Notes: a model not told the origin generated them from the sequence alone. Positions 1 to 9,978 are shown, counted from the stretch's first letter. The stretch: DNA of 64,000 bases from Candidatus Woesearchaeota archaeon (GCA_020637435.1 JACJVW010000001.1:699009-763008), one strand, 5' to 3'. Numbers and translations are program-made.

Positions 1-3000
1 AAAGTGGACAGTTCTATCGAATACCTTGCCACACGTATGGGCATCCAGTCTGCTGTAAGCAGGGGCGAAAGGTATATCGATTTCGTCAACAACAGGGAGC
101 CTTCCATAAATGTGACCTTTACCGAGAAGACAATCCTTGTAACATACTCGCTTAAGGACGCGATAGGGAATTCAATTCCAGTCGAGCTTGTAGAGAACCG
201 CTTCGGTCAATTCTACACCTTTAAGCCGACTTCGCCCCTCACTTCAGATGGAGAGTATTATTTCGAGATAGATGTCACCGACCCCTACGGTAATCCTCTT
301 GAGGCAAGGCCGGTCACAAGGACCTTCATCGTCGATACTGTTGACCCTATAGTAACGCTTGTGGAGCCTGCTACTGGAGAAGTGGTGAAGAAGACTTCAA
401 CGTCGCTCAAACTTGCGCTCAGCGAATCCTCGACGCTCAAGGAAGTGTATACGAATGATGTATATGTCGATGGCATCTATGATGGCACCTTCAAAGACCA
501 GATAACAAAATCTCTCAAAGTGGACGACGGGGCAGTGACACTCAAAGTCATCGTTGAGGATTACGCAGGAAACAGGGGAGAAGCTACAGTCCAATATGTC
601 GTCGTGACCAAACCTCTGGTCATAGACCTCGTAGCACCCACCCACAGCGTAGCAAGTACACAGCCCTACGCGGTAAAGATAAACACGACCAGGCCTGCTG
701 AGTGCAGATACAATATAGACCGGTCGCTAAGATTTGACGACATGACCCTAAGCTTCGAGTCATCAGATAAGCTCCTGCACATCATCCCTTCACTTGCTCA
801 GGAAGTCCGAATCTATATAGCCTGTGTGGACATCTATGGGTATGATGCAGCAAAGAACTACAAACTGACCCTAGACACAGACAGTCCTGGTTTCACAAAT
901 GTTGAAGTCATACCTTCTGTCGTGACTGAGACAAATGAAGTGACCTTCAAAGTTGAGACCGACGAGCCGACCATCTGCGTATTCAAAGACCACGAGGGCA
1001 ATGAATATCAGTTCCCAGGCTATCTGGCTGCGCAGTTTGAGAAAGAAAACTCAGTGACTGCCACTACCCCTGTTGAGAAAGGGGAATATGACTATCAGAT
1101 CCAGTGCGAGGATCAGGGACCGCTGTACACCGGATGGAGAGTGGTCAATGTCAACGTCAATCTAGACGAAGCGTATGCGATAGTCGACAATACGCCGCGG
1201 TTCTTCCCGAACAACAAGGCAAAACTCAATATCTCTGCAAATAAAGAGTCATATTGCTTCTATGGATTGACCGCTTCTGTATCCGACAGGAAAGTGATGA
1301 CCACAAACAACGGCTACAATTTCCTTGAACCCATAACGGTAAGCGGCGATGGAAGGTATTCTTATCATATATTCTGTTCCATGGTCTCCGACCCGTCTCA
1401 ATTCAAAGAGCTTGATGTCAGCTTCATTGTGGACCGGTCAATCCCGTATATGCTCTATGTGAACATCACCAATCCGGAGATGAATAACACCTTGTACTCC
1501 TACCGGACAGACAAGCTTTATGGTGCCTGGAAGGGTTTCGACAATGAGACCAACATCTCCCGGTACCATTGGTCGATATACGAGAATAAAGGCTTCGCTG
1601 GTGACGACTTCATCGTATCAGGTTTCACGACCTCCGAGTCAGACTGGTTAACTGGTCTGACGCTCAAAAATGAATCAAGATACTTCCTAAGGGTCATGGC
1701 TCAGAACGGAGCAGGCATCTGGAGCATCAATATGACCAGCGCCAATATCGAGATCGATACCAGTCTGCGCGGCACGGTTGACGATGAAGACGATGACGGC
1801 ACAATCGATCCTCAGTGTGCAGATGGCACTCAAAACGGTGAGGAGACAGATGTGGACTGCGGAGGAACTTTCTGCAGGCCTTGTCGTGCCGGTGAGATGT
1901 GTCTGCTTGATGAAGATTGCGATACTGGACTCTGCGACATAGACACAGGCAGTCTTGGATTCCTTGGTGACAAGATCTGCATCGAAGTGAATGAAGAGTG
2001 TAACCCGAACAAAGACAAGGACTGCGACGGTATCCCTAACGAGGATGACGATGACATCGATGGCGACGGCAAACCCAACGATGAAGACCCTGATGATGAT
2101 AATGACGGGCTATGCGATACACTCAACAGCCCACTGAATGGCGATGAATGTGAAGACCAGGACTTCGACGATGACGGTGACGGCATCCCTGATGACCAGG
2201 ACCCCGATACTGATGATGATCTTGACAATGACGGCACCAAGAATGATGACGATGATGACATCGATGGTGACGGCATCCCTAACAACAAGGATCCTGACGA
2301 TGACAATGACGGTCTGTGCGATACTCCTGACAGTCCGCTGAATGATGATTCATGTGATCCTGAGCGGGACACTGATGGTGACGGCATTCCTGACAAGCAC
2401 GACCCTGATAGGGATGGCGACGGCGATCCAGATAATTTCGACGATGACGGCGGTCTTAAGGACGATGATGGAGATGGCATCCCTAACATACACGACCCTG
2501 ACAAAGACGGTGACGGTGATGTGGATAATTTTGAAAACGTAGTGACTGACCCAAATAGAGACACTGACGGCGACGGCATCCGTGATGTTGATGATGATGA
2601 CATTGACGGTGACGGAATTAAGAACGGTCACGACCCTGATGTTGATGGCGACGGTAGACCAGACAACTTCGAGACCGTAGTCAAAGACAATAAGAAAGAT
2701 ACCGACGGTGACGGCATCCCTGACATCAATGAAAGAGATATTGATGATGACGGCATCCCTAATGGTCTTGACGATGATGTCGATGGTGACGGCAAGAAAG
2801 ACAATGAAGGCTTCAAGGACGATGTAGAAGACTCCGATGGCGACGGCATCCCTGACATCAATGACGATGATATCGACGGCGACGGCATCAAGAATGGTGA
2901 CGATCCGGATGTTGACGGCGACGGGGAAGTAGACCAGTTCGACCCAATAGATCCTGAGGGAGATATCGACGGTGACGGCATCCCTAACATAGACGATGAC

Positions 3001-4767
3001 GACATTGACGGTGATGGCGAGAAGAACAGCGATGACTTGGACAGCAATGGCGACGGCATCCCTGACCAGCCAGGCACCGACACAGATGATGACAACAACG
3101 GTAAGGATGATACCAAAGACAATAGAGGAGATGATCTCGACAAGGATGGCGTCAAGAACGAAGAAGATGATGACATCGACGGCGACGGTCTAAAGAACTC
3201 TGAAGACCCCGACGATGACAATGACGGTCTTTGCGACACCCCTGACAGCCCTCTAAATGAAGGGGTTTGCGTCGGCGAAGACTTGGACGATGACGGCGAT
3301 GGCATGGTCGACCATGAGGACAAAGATACCAACGACGATCTTGACAATGATGGCTTAAAGAACTCCGAAGACCCTGACATGGACGGCGACGGCATCCTCA
3401 ATGAGAATGACCTGGATAATGATAATGATGGCATCCCTAACGACCAGGATGATGACAGCAATAATAACGGTATCCTTGACATAGAAGAGGATGATGATAA
3501 TGACGGAATGGCTAATGGCTGGGAAGAGCGTCACGGACTCAATTCTGACGACCCCAAAGACGCTTCACAAGATAAGGATGGCGACGGCCTGACCAATCTG
3601 GAAGAGTACCGGCTCAAAGACTCACAGTGGAAAAAGTCTACTGACCCTACGAAAGCGGATACAGATGGAGATGGATGGAGTGACAAGAAAGAAGTGGATG
3701 CTGGCACCAATCCTCTTGATCCCGATGACCACCCGACCAACTGGTGGCTCATCATCCTGCTCATCATCCTGATACTGGTGGTTCTTGGCGTAGGAGGCTA
3801 CATAGGCTACCAGAAGTACACAGAGATGGAGAAGTCAAAGACGGCGAAGCTGCCTCCTCTGCCGCCGCCCCGGCCGGCTCCAAAACCAAGCGCCCCTGTT
3901 CCTCCTGGAGCGAGGCCACCTCTGCCTGTACCGGTCAATAAGCCGGCAGGTCCATTAACCAAGGAGCAGCTTGTCTCAAGATTCATAGATATAAAGAAGC
4001 TAACGCCTGAACAGCAGAAGCGATTGCAGGAGATAACCCTGCAGGATGTCCAAAAAGCGATCGCTAACAAACCTGTACCTGAAGCAAGAACAGCCATCAT
4101 AGACCTGCTAAAACCGGTGCTACCAAAAAAAGAAGAGAAACCGGGAGAAGAGTGGATCCCCTTCAACAAGATAAAACAGAACCGCATAGAGAAATACATC
4201 CCCCTTAAGGATTTGAGCGCCTCTGAACAGAGAGTACTCAAAGAGATGAGTCTTGCCGACATCGACAAGTTCTTCGACGGCAAGACAAAAGAGCAGGCTA
4301 AAGCCGACCTATCCAAACTTTCCGGAAAGGTTTCCTCTGGCAGCGACGTCTTCGATAAGCTTGACCAGATAAATAAAAGATCAAAAGTCAACAAAGACCA
4401 TAAAGAAGTAAGGGACGTGCTCAAGAGCCTGCAAGGAGTCAACAAAAGTTCCCTCAACAAAGATTCGGAGGCATTCAAGAAACTCAACAAGGTCATAGGT
4501 AAGACACCATCCCTATCGACCCTGAATAACCTGCACAAGATAAGTACATTGGAGACGATCCCTACAGCTCATCTAAAGAAGACCCTCTCAGACCTGACGA
4601 ACAAAGACAATCTGCCGGCAAAGACACAATCTAAGATAATAAATACCCTTATCAAAGACAAGAAAGTGAGTCATGAAGAAGTCCACAAGACCCTTGATGA
4701 GATGAAAGACACCAAAGTGTTGCATCCAAATAAAGTGCATCATATCAAGAAAGAGTTGAAAAAATGA
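1..4767 (+). CDS. Giant cell-surface adhesin-like protein, 5' end cut by window edge (frame open to base 1)
   Basis: 1587-aa ORF. Beta-rich/Ig-like N-terminal segments (VDTVDPIVTLVEP). Cys-rich module DCGGTFCRPCRAGEMCLLDEDCDTGLCD. About 35 acidic DxDxDGxxD/N loops by my count (DTDGDGIPD, DIDGDGIKN, DNDGLCDTPDSPLN x3), thrombospondin type-3 style. Single TM WWLIILLIILILVVLGVGGYIGY, then Pro-rich and Lys-rich tail. Confidence 0.85.
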   Translation, partial: KVDSSIEYLATRMGIQSAVSRGERYIDFVNNREPSINVTFTEKTILVTYSLKDAIGNSIPVELVENRFGQFYTFKPTSPLTSDGEYYFEIDVTDPYGNPLEARPVTRTFIVDTVDPIVTLVEPATGEVVKKTSTSLKLALSESSTLKEVYTNDVYVDGIYDGTFKDQITKSLKVDDGAVTLKVIVEDYAGNRGEATVQYVVVTKPLVIDLVAPTHSVASTQPYAVKINTTRPAECRYNIDRSLRFDDMTLSFESSDKLLHIIPSLAQEVRIYIACVDIYGYDAAKNYKLTLDTDSPGFTNVEVIPSVVTETNEVTFKVETDEPTICVFKDHEGNEYQFPGYLAAQFEKENSVTATTPVEKGEYDYQIQCEDQGPLYTGWRVVNVNVNLDEAYAIVDNTPRFFPNNKAKLNISANKESYCFYGLTASVSDRKVMTTNNGYNFLEPITVSGDGRYSYHIFCSMVSDPSQFKELDVSFIVDRSIPYMLYVNITNPEMNNTLYSYRTDKLYGAWKGFDNETNISRYHWSIYENKGFAGDDFIVSGFTTSESDWLTGLTLKNESRYFLRVMAQNGAGIWSINMTSANIEIDTSLRGTVDDEDDDGTIDPQCADGTQNGEETDVDCGGTFCRPCRAGEMCLLDEDCDTGLCDIDTGSLGFLGDKICIEVNEECNPNKDKDCDGIPNEDDDDIDGDGKPNDEDPDDDNDGLCDTLNSPLNGDECEDQDFDDDGDGIPDDQDPDTDDDLDNDGTKNDDDDDIDGDGIPNNKDPDDDNDGLCDTPDSPLNDDSCDPERDTDGDGIPDKHDPDRDGDGDPDNFDDDGGLKDDDGDGIPNIHDPDKDGDGDVDNFENVVTDPNRDTDGDGIRDVDDDDIDGDGIKNGHDPDVDGDGRPDNFETVVKDNKKDTDGDGIPDINERDIDDDGIPNGLDDDVDGDGKKDNEGFKDDVEDSDGDGIPDINDDDIDGDGIKNGDDPDVDGDGEVDQFDPIDPEGDIDGDGIPNIDDDDIDGDGEKNSDDLDSNGDGIPDQPGTDTDDDNNGKDDTKDNRGDDLDKDGVKNEEDDDIDGDGLKNSEDPDDDNDGLCDTPDSPLNEGVCVGEDLDDDGDGMVDHEDKDTNDDLDNDGLKNSEDPDMDGDGILNENDLDNDNDGIPNDQDDDSNNNGILDIEEDDDNDGMANGWEERHGLNSDDPKDASQDKDGDGLTNLEEYRLKDSQWKKSTDPTKADTDGDGWSDKKEVDAGTNPLDPDDHPTNWWLIILLIILILVVLGVGGYIGYQKYTEMEKSKTAKLPPLPPPRPAPKPSAPVPPGARPPLPVPVNKPAGPLTKEQLVSRFIDIKKLTPEQQKRLQEITLQDVQKAIANKPVPEARTAIIDLLKPVLPKKEEKPGEEWIPFNKIKQNRIEKYIPLKDLSASEQRVLKEMSLADIDKFFDGKTKEQAKADLSKLSGKVSSGSDVFDKLDQINKRSKVNKDHKEVRDVLKSLQGVNKSSLNKDSEAFKKLNKVIGKTPSLSTLNNLHKISTLETIPTAHLKKTLSDLTNKDNLPAKTQSKIINTLIKDKKVSHEEVHKTLDEMKDTKVLHPNKVHHIKKELKK
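1990..3725 (+). repeat. Intragenic tandem array of GAT/GAC-rich units encoding TSP3-like Ca-binding loops
   Basis: Repeated gatggcgacggcatccctgac-type units. A higher-order unit containing DNDGLCDTPDSPLN recurs three times. The array produces long spurious Ser/Pro-rich antisense ORFs. Confidence 0.8.
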
Positions 4768-5297
4768 GCAGAGGACAACTGGCGAATCAGGCATTCATCT
4801 ATATCCTTTCTGCGCTCATATTCTCGCTCGTACTCATCATAGGGTATCGTGCGGTTGACCATTTCCTCGAAGTGCGTGAGCAAGTGGAGATGATCGACCT
4901 CAAAATGGAGATAGAATCGACCATCGAGAACGTAGCGCCTACTCAGGACCGCATAGAGAGAGAGCTCAAAGTTCCTTCAAAGTTTACAGAGATCTGTTTT
5001 GTCGATATGACGCAAGGAGGGAGCGCAGTATGCGCTACTGGTGGCACATTGTGCAACACAGCATGTTTCCCTTCTCCGTCCATATCTCCTGTAGTGTGTG
5101 ATGCATGGGAGTCCAATCTGACGAACAATGTATATCTGTTGCCCATGGCTGATGTATCGATTACTACGGCTAGGATAGAGCTGCAGGATACTGCCGGAGT
5201 TGAGACAGGCTACTTGTGTCTTGATACGACAAGAGGGTTTGTCCGTCTTATCTTCAGCGGCCGGGGTGATAGGGCGGTCATCCAGGAATCAATATGA
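4764..5297 (+). CDS. Class III (prepilin-type) signal peptide protein, pilin-like
   Basis: N-terminus MSRG|QLANQAFIYILSALIFSLVLIIGY. ATGA start/stop overlap with the adhesin gene. Confidence 0.7.
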   Translation: MSRGQLANQAFIYILSALIFSLVLIIGYRAVDHFLEVREQVEMIDLKMEIESTIENVAPTQDRIERELKVPSKFTEICFVDMTQGGSAVCATGGTLCNTACFPSPSISPVVCDAWESNLTNNVYLLPMADVSITTARIELQDTAGVETGYLCLDTTRGFVRLIFSGRGDRAVIQESI

Positions 5298-6370
5298 TGA
5301 GCAAAGCCCAGATTCAGGTACAGTTCAATTGGATATTTGTTCTTATAGTCGGGGGTATGATTGTTCTCTTCTTCACCAATGTGGTCAACACCCAGCAGGA
5401 CATAAGTGAAAAAAAGATTGCGGTCACTGTCATCAATGACTTGGAGACCGTCGCGACAGGTGCAGGAGTAAGCAAAGGTACATCTCAGGTGCTCAACAAG
5501 CCAGACATCGACCTCGAGTTTGACTGCAATTATTGTGACTGCAATTTCAACATGAAAGAAAGCGCGAAATCCTTTGGTGACATGGTCATCTTTGCGCCAA
5601 ACCGTATCGAAGGGCGAAAGATGGTTGCCTGGACCAAGGACTGGAACGCACCTTACCGCATTGTCAACTTCCTTTACCTAACCGGCCCACAGGTCATCTA
5701 CTACATCATCAGCGGACCTACCGCTCCGGAGATCCAGTTCCGATCATTCATCAATGAATCCCTTCCTTCATCCATAATAACGGAATACGGCGGAAACGTA
5801 GGCACCATCATCAATAACAACTATCCTATTGTCAAAGTAGTATACCTCACCTGCCCTACTCTCGGGCCGCTTGATGCGGTATTCAAAACGGACGCGAATC
5901 ATTTCAAGAACTGGGGCATCGAGCGGGAAGACTTGACTGCAGTCTGCATAGACGGAGACAATGCCCCTTTCTATGACCGGGGGGATATGGCTTTCTTCAA
6001 GGCAGTCAACAGCTTTGGGAACTGGGAGTGGGAGCTTGAGAATGTAAGCATGGAGTTTGTTGGGGATGAAAGCATCTTCGCAGGCATCTTCGCGCATGAC
6101 TTTGATCTCTACTACTGCAACATGAGGAATGCCTATGATCGCATGAACCTGATAACAGAGATATACGAAGCTCGAACGACACGCCTCTCCGGAACTAACT
6201 GCATGACGCTCTACAACCAAAGCGGAATCCTCTTGGAATATCTCAAGGTAGAGTCAGCAGCCATCTCTGCAGACCCCACCTACAGTTTTTCAGACTTTTA
6301 TCTCTATCACAAGAACATAACATCCCTCAATATGCAGTTGCAGATAAAATCCTGCCCAAGCCTATACTAA
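5294..6370 (+). CDS. Class III signal peptide protein, pilin-like (358 aa)
   Basis: N-terminus MMSKA|QIQVQFNWIFVLIVGGMIVLFF. ATGA overlap with the upstream gene. Confidence 0.7.
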   Translation: MMSKAQIQVQFNWIFVLIVGGMIVLFFTNVVNTQQDISEKKIAVTVINDLETVATGAGVSKGTSQVLNKPDIDLEFDCNYCDCNFNMKESAKSFGDMVIFAPNRIEGRKMVAWTKDWNAPYRIVNFLYLTGPQVIYYIISGPTAPEIQFRSFINESLPSSIITEYGGNVGTIINNNYPIVKVVYLTCPTLGPLDAVFKTDANHFKNWGIEREDLTAVCIDGDNAPFYDRGDMAFFKAVNSFGNWEWELENVSMEFVGDESIFAGIFAHDFDLYYCNMRNAYDRMNLITEIYEARTTRLSGTNCMTLYNQSGILLEYLKVESAAISADPTYSFSDFYLYHKNITSLNMQLQIKSCPSLY

Positions 6371-6371
6371 G

Positions 6372-6869
6372 ATGAAAGCGCAGATAAAGATGGGAGAGAC
6401 GGTCGCCATTATGATAGTCTTCTTTCTCCTCGTCGCATTCGGTCTTGGATTCTACGTGCAGGTGCAGGAGCACTACTTCGAGAAAGAGCAGGCAAAGATT
6501 CTGCAGCTTAAGGGCTTGCAGATCTCGCAGAAAGCCTCCTATCTTCCGGAACTGCAGTGCAGCGTGCAAAATATCCAGTACGATAATTGTTTTGACATAG
6601 ACAAAGCGGAGATTTTTTTCGAAGTGGTCAACGGCAGTGATGAGAAGTACGCGCACTACTACGATATTTTCGGGTCAAGCACCTTGTATCTGCAGGAAGT
6701 CTATCCCAACAGTGGAAAGACCTATATGATATACGATGCATCGCTTCCTAATGAAAGGGGAACAAACACCCTCACGAGTGTCGTTCCCGTCTCATTGTTC
6801 GACGGAAAACAGAATGTCTTCTCCATAGGTGTTCTGGTCATCAACCACACAGACAGGGATCTAGGATGA
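6372..6869 (+). CDS. Class III signal peptide protein, pilin-like
   Basis: N-terminus MKA|QIKMGETVAIMIVFFLLVAFGLGFYV. 1-nt spacer to the upstream gene. Confidence 0.7.
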   Translation: MKAQIKMGETVAIMIVFFLLVAFGLGFYVQVQEHYFEKEQAKILQLKGLQISQKASYLPELQCSVQNIQYDNCFDIDKAEIFFEVVNGSDEKYAHYYDIFGSSTLYLQEVYPNSGKTYMIYDASLPNERGTNTLTSVVPVSLFDGKQNVFSIGVLVINHTDRDLG

Positions 6870-7351
6870 GAAAAGCACAGATGGAAGTATTAGGCCTCAT
6901 GGTCGTGGTATTGCTGCTCAGTATAGCTGTACTCTTCGTCGTCACATTTGTATTTCTTGATGAAACTCGTGATCCATCTCAGCAGCACCAGGAATCACAG
7001 CTCTCGTCCAATCTGCTAAACGCAATGCTGCAGACAACAGCGATGGATTGTGGAAAGCAGCAGCTTAAATCTCTCTTCCGTGATTGTGCGTTGACCAACG
7101 AGATAAGGTGCGATAACGGAAAGCGTTCCTGCCAGTATCTAAATGAGACCGTATTCAATATTCTTGAGGGCATCCTCAATACCCCGCAGTACAGAAGGGC
7201 GTACTTCTTTAACGCGACCGGCATCCCGCAGACAAATATAGAAGGAGGTATCCAGTTCGGTAGGCCATGCCAGGGAGATCTTGATGCCAAACAATTCCCT
7301 ATCCAGGCGCAGCGAAAGACCGTCGAGATCCAGATAGAGCTCTGCGGGTAA
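6866..7351 (+). CDS. Class III signal peptide protein, pilin-like
   Basis: N-terminus MRKA|QMEVLGLMVVVLLLSIAVLFVV. ATGA overlap with the upstream gene. Confidence 0.7.
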   Translation: MRKAQMEVLGLMVVVLLLSIAVLFVVTFVFLDETRDPSQQHQESQLSSNLLNAMLQTTAMDCGKQQLKSLFRDCALTNEIRCDNGKRSCQYLNETVFNILEGILNTPQYRRAYFFNATGIPQTNIEGGIQFGRPCQGDLDAKQFPIQAQRKTVEIQIELCG

Positions 7352-7371
7352 AGAGCCACCTGCCCATTTCC

Positions 7372-7380
7372 TTTTATAAA
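7372..7380 (+). promoter_or_regulatory. TATA-box-like element for leaderless 7403 gene
   Basis: ttttataaa centred about 27 nt upstream of the ATG at 7403. No SD sequence in between. Confidence 0.45.
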
Positions 7381-7402
7381 CCAGTTTTCATTCTCTTCTC
7401 AT

Positions 7403-9124
7403 ATGCACCCAATATTTACCTTCCTGGGGGGTTCAACCCTCTATGGGCTCTACGATACTTTTGTTAATGACCGTGGCGGACTGGTACACCTCATAGAGCG
7501 CACAGAACGGGCTGACTTGATGGACAAAGTAGAGGCGGCGCGCGATATAGTTTACAATGGTGTTCAGCATCTTGACCATGCGCAGGAGATAGCAGATGTT
7601 GTGGGTTTCCTCAGCCAGTCCGGTCCTTACTTTATGCCCTACCTCCTTGCAGGCCTTGCCTCAATAGGAGCAGTAACAGGAGTGCGGCAGACGCAAAATC
7701 TTCTCAGGCAATACTCTTCATTCCAGGAGAACCGCCATCGAAGAGAGCACCAGGAGTCCTTGCCGACAGGTATGCCTGATAACCCAAGAACAGAACTGGT
7801 AAACTTGGTCGACCATCATCTGAAGAGTATTCGAAGCTGGAATCTCATTGAGTACGAAGGCACCAAAGAAGTGACCAAATCAAGATATCTTAGGGCGATT
7901 CGAAAAAAAGATGACGACCAGGCCCTTGCGTATGCAACCTTGCTATCCCGCAAGGAGTATTTCATCACTACAGCTGGGCGTTTGATGGGGGAAGATTTCA
8001 CTGCCTTTCTTCCGCGACTGGAACGCTTTGACCAGATTGACCCGGATGATATCAACATACATGGCTTTGACGAAAAAGTGGATAACCTTGCCTATGTTGC
8101 GGCGCTTGCTGAACGCTACATAGCTATCGCGCCTGAACAGGCAGAGCAAGTGCTCCCTATATATGATGATGCGCTAAAGCGACTCTATACACTTACCAGA
8201 TTGTTTACCACAAAAGACATGGGACAATTGGAGCTTCAGGGCGAAACCAACAACGCTGTCTACCGTCTTAAACAGCCCTTTGCCAGAAATCTGCTCCTTT
8301 TCAAGGAAGGCGAGTCCCTCGAACAACACCGGAAGGAAATGGATGCAACAGAACAAATAAGGTCATTGTTAAAAGGGCATACGCAGTGGAAAGTACCTCG
8401 CCCGATTGCCGTGTTCGAACCCGACCACCGTAATCTCTCAAAGCCGGTTTACGTCATGTCAGTGGCCCAGGGCGAAACACTCGACCACATGATGAATGAC
8501 AACCCGGCAACAGAAGCAATCAACAGGGTGCTACCCTTCCTGACCTATCTTGCATCACATCTTCCTCCTGCCTCAAACAAAGAACGACTTGAAGACAAAC
8601 TGTACGCACGGCTTGACAACAAAGACTTCATTCCTGATGATCAAAAGCGAGAACAACTGCTGCAGCACGCTGCAATATGGTCCCCCTCTCTACTGGAAGA
8701 TATCAATCAGTTCCCCTACATCGCCAACCTTGATGCGCAGCCAGAGAACTGGATAATTGGTGACCAGATAACCCGTATAGACCTGGAGCCAAAACCGGCA
8801 ACAAGCGCAATCTTCGATATCTGCAAACTCTTTGAATATCACCACTCAGGCCCATTTGAGGACAAGCTCCCCTACCTTCGCCAACACATGCATGCACTCG
8901 GACTAGAATTGCCTGATGAAGATCTATGTAGGGGCTATCTAAGCGCTACCGTGTACCTGGCAATATCAGTAGGTTCTTACCGCTCCTCCCCAAAAGTCAA
9001 AGAGAAGTGGCCGATGAGAAAGATTCTTTTACAGAATGCGTTGCGTGCAGCAGATGCTCTTGCATCTACACAAGCGTATGACCTCTTGCGCAAAGACCTA
9101 AGAGACATCTATGATGGATTATGA
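7403..9124 (+). CDS. Protein-kinase-like fold phosphotransferase (APH/ChoK/Kdo-kinase-like) with N-terminal hydrophobic region
   Basis: Kinase-like order of motifs: LLFKEG (Lys), EMDATEQI (Glu), hinge YVMSVAQGETL, catalytic-loop-like NLDAQPENWII, then ITRIDLEP (DFG-equivalent IDxE). Confidence 0.5.
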   Translation: MHPIFTFLGGSTLYGLYDTFVNDRGGLVHLIERTERADLMDKVEAARDIVYNGVQHLDHAQEIADVVGFLSQSGPYFMPYLLAGLASIGAVTGVRQTQNLLRQYSSFQENRHRREHQESLPTGMPDNPRTELVNLVDHHLKSIRSWNLIEYEGTKEVTKSRYLRAIRKKDDDQALAYATLLSRKEYFITTAGRLMGEDFTAFLPRLERFDQIDPDDINIHGFDEKVDNLAYVAALAERYIAIAPEQAEQVLPIYDDALKRLYTLTRLFTTKDMGQLELQGETNNAVYRLKQPFARNLLLFKEGESLEQHRKEMDATEQIRSLLKGHTQWKVPRPIAVFEPDHRNLSKPVYVMSVAQGETLDHMMNDNPATEAINRVLPFLTYLASHLPPASNKERLEDKLYARLDNKDFIPDDQKREQLLQHAAIWSPSLLEDINQFPYIANLDAQPENWIIGDQITRIDLEPKPATSAIFDICKLFEYHHSGPFEDKLPYLRQHMHALGLELPDEDLCRGYLSATVYLAISVGSYRSSPKVKEKWPMRKILLQNALRAADALASTQAYDLLRKDLRDIYDGL

Positions 9125-9978
9125 TGCAGCCCTGTCGTGGAACCAGCAAGGCTAAGAATATTCGTGATGATGCCGTGCACAAATAAATCCGCTCTGGATA
9201 TTTTTCCTTTCTCAACATCCGCCAAAAGTTCTTTTCCTCTGGCAACAAATTCAGAGAGTCGCTCAAAGCTATAGTTGTAATATAGGGAATAATACTGTTC
9301 AAGATACGCATGGACAGAAGAAAGAGCCTCTACACGTCCCGGTTGGCGGCTGAGTCGCTTGAGGTCATCACAGATATTCTCAAGAACCCATAGGATCGTG
9401 TAGAGGTAGTTCTTTCTGATAGGGGTCATCATGCTCTTGTTAAGGATCCGATGACAATAATTGGTGATCTTGTTGTTCGTTTCTTCATAGCTCTCGATGG
9501 TTGTGGGGTCAGCTCCATCAAGGAGGTCCTTAGCCATGCCGATAACGATGAGAAAATTTCTCCGTATCAATCCTCGAAGGTCAGGGTCTTCAGCAAGTAT
9601 CAAATCCTTGATGAGCAAAGTCGTCTTGCTCTGTTCAAGAATCTCATACCCCATAAGCATAGTGTTGATGGTCATTCGGATAGACTCCAGTTGTTCAGGG
9701 GAACTATACCGTACCGCAAGCTCATCATACCCATCCTTATGCAACGTAGCGATAATGCTTCGTGCCACATCGGCGGAAGTATTGCTGACATCCACAGCAA
9801 GCCGGGTCCGTTGCTGGCTTACCTCTTTGGCAGTGATGCACAGCCCTTGCGAAGAAGGCGTGACCTCCACCTCATCCCCCTTACTGATCCCACTTTCCTT
9901 GGCCCAAACTGCAGGCAGGCTTACTAACAGGGTTTTCCCGGCAAGCTGAATTACTTTCCTTCTCACAACTCGCTTCAC
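9109..9978 (-). CDS. AbrB/SpoVT-domain plus PhoU-like regulator (archaeal phosphate uptake regulator type)
   Basis: N-terminus RRKVIQLAGKTLLVSLPAVWAKESGISKGDEVEV is typical of a looped-hinge AbrB-type domain. The remainder is helical and PhoU-like. Confidence 0.65.
   Translation of the reverse strand: MKRVVRRKVIQLAGKTLLVSLPAVWAKESGISKGDEVEVTPSSQGLCITAKEVSQQRTRLAVDVSNTSADVARSIIATLHKDGYDELAVRYSSPEQLESIRMTINTMLMGYEILEQSKTTLLIKDLILAEDPDLRGLIRRNFLIVIGMAKDLLDGADPTTIESYEETNNKITNYCHRILNKSMMTPIRKNYLYTILWVLENICDDLKRLSRQPGRVEALSSVHAYLEQYYSLYYNYSFERLSEFVARGKELLADVEKGKISRADLFVHGIITNILSLAGSTTGLHHNPS

Noticed and set aside
1830-3482. Long antisense ORFs (1830-2603 and 2628-3482, Ser/Pro-rich) and short + strand Met/Thr-rich ORFs inside the adhesin gene
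   Set aside because: They are frame artefacts of the GAT/GAC/GGC repeat array. Their composition is low-complexity and they lie wholly inside a far better supported 1587-aa ORF.
1990-3725. Whether the regular repeats here, or the 19-bp direct repeats at 43871-43918, could be a CRISPR array
   Set aside because: The first set is in-frame coding repeats of varying length. The second is only two copies with a 9-nt spacer. No cas genes are present.
3807-4538. 243-aa antisense ORF in the adhesin tail region
   Set aside because: It is antisense to the Lys-rich tail. It has no start context or motifs, and its composition mirrors AAG/GAA repeats.
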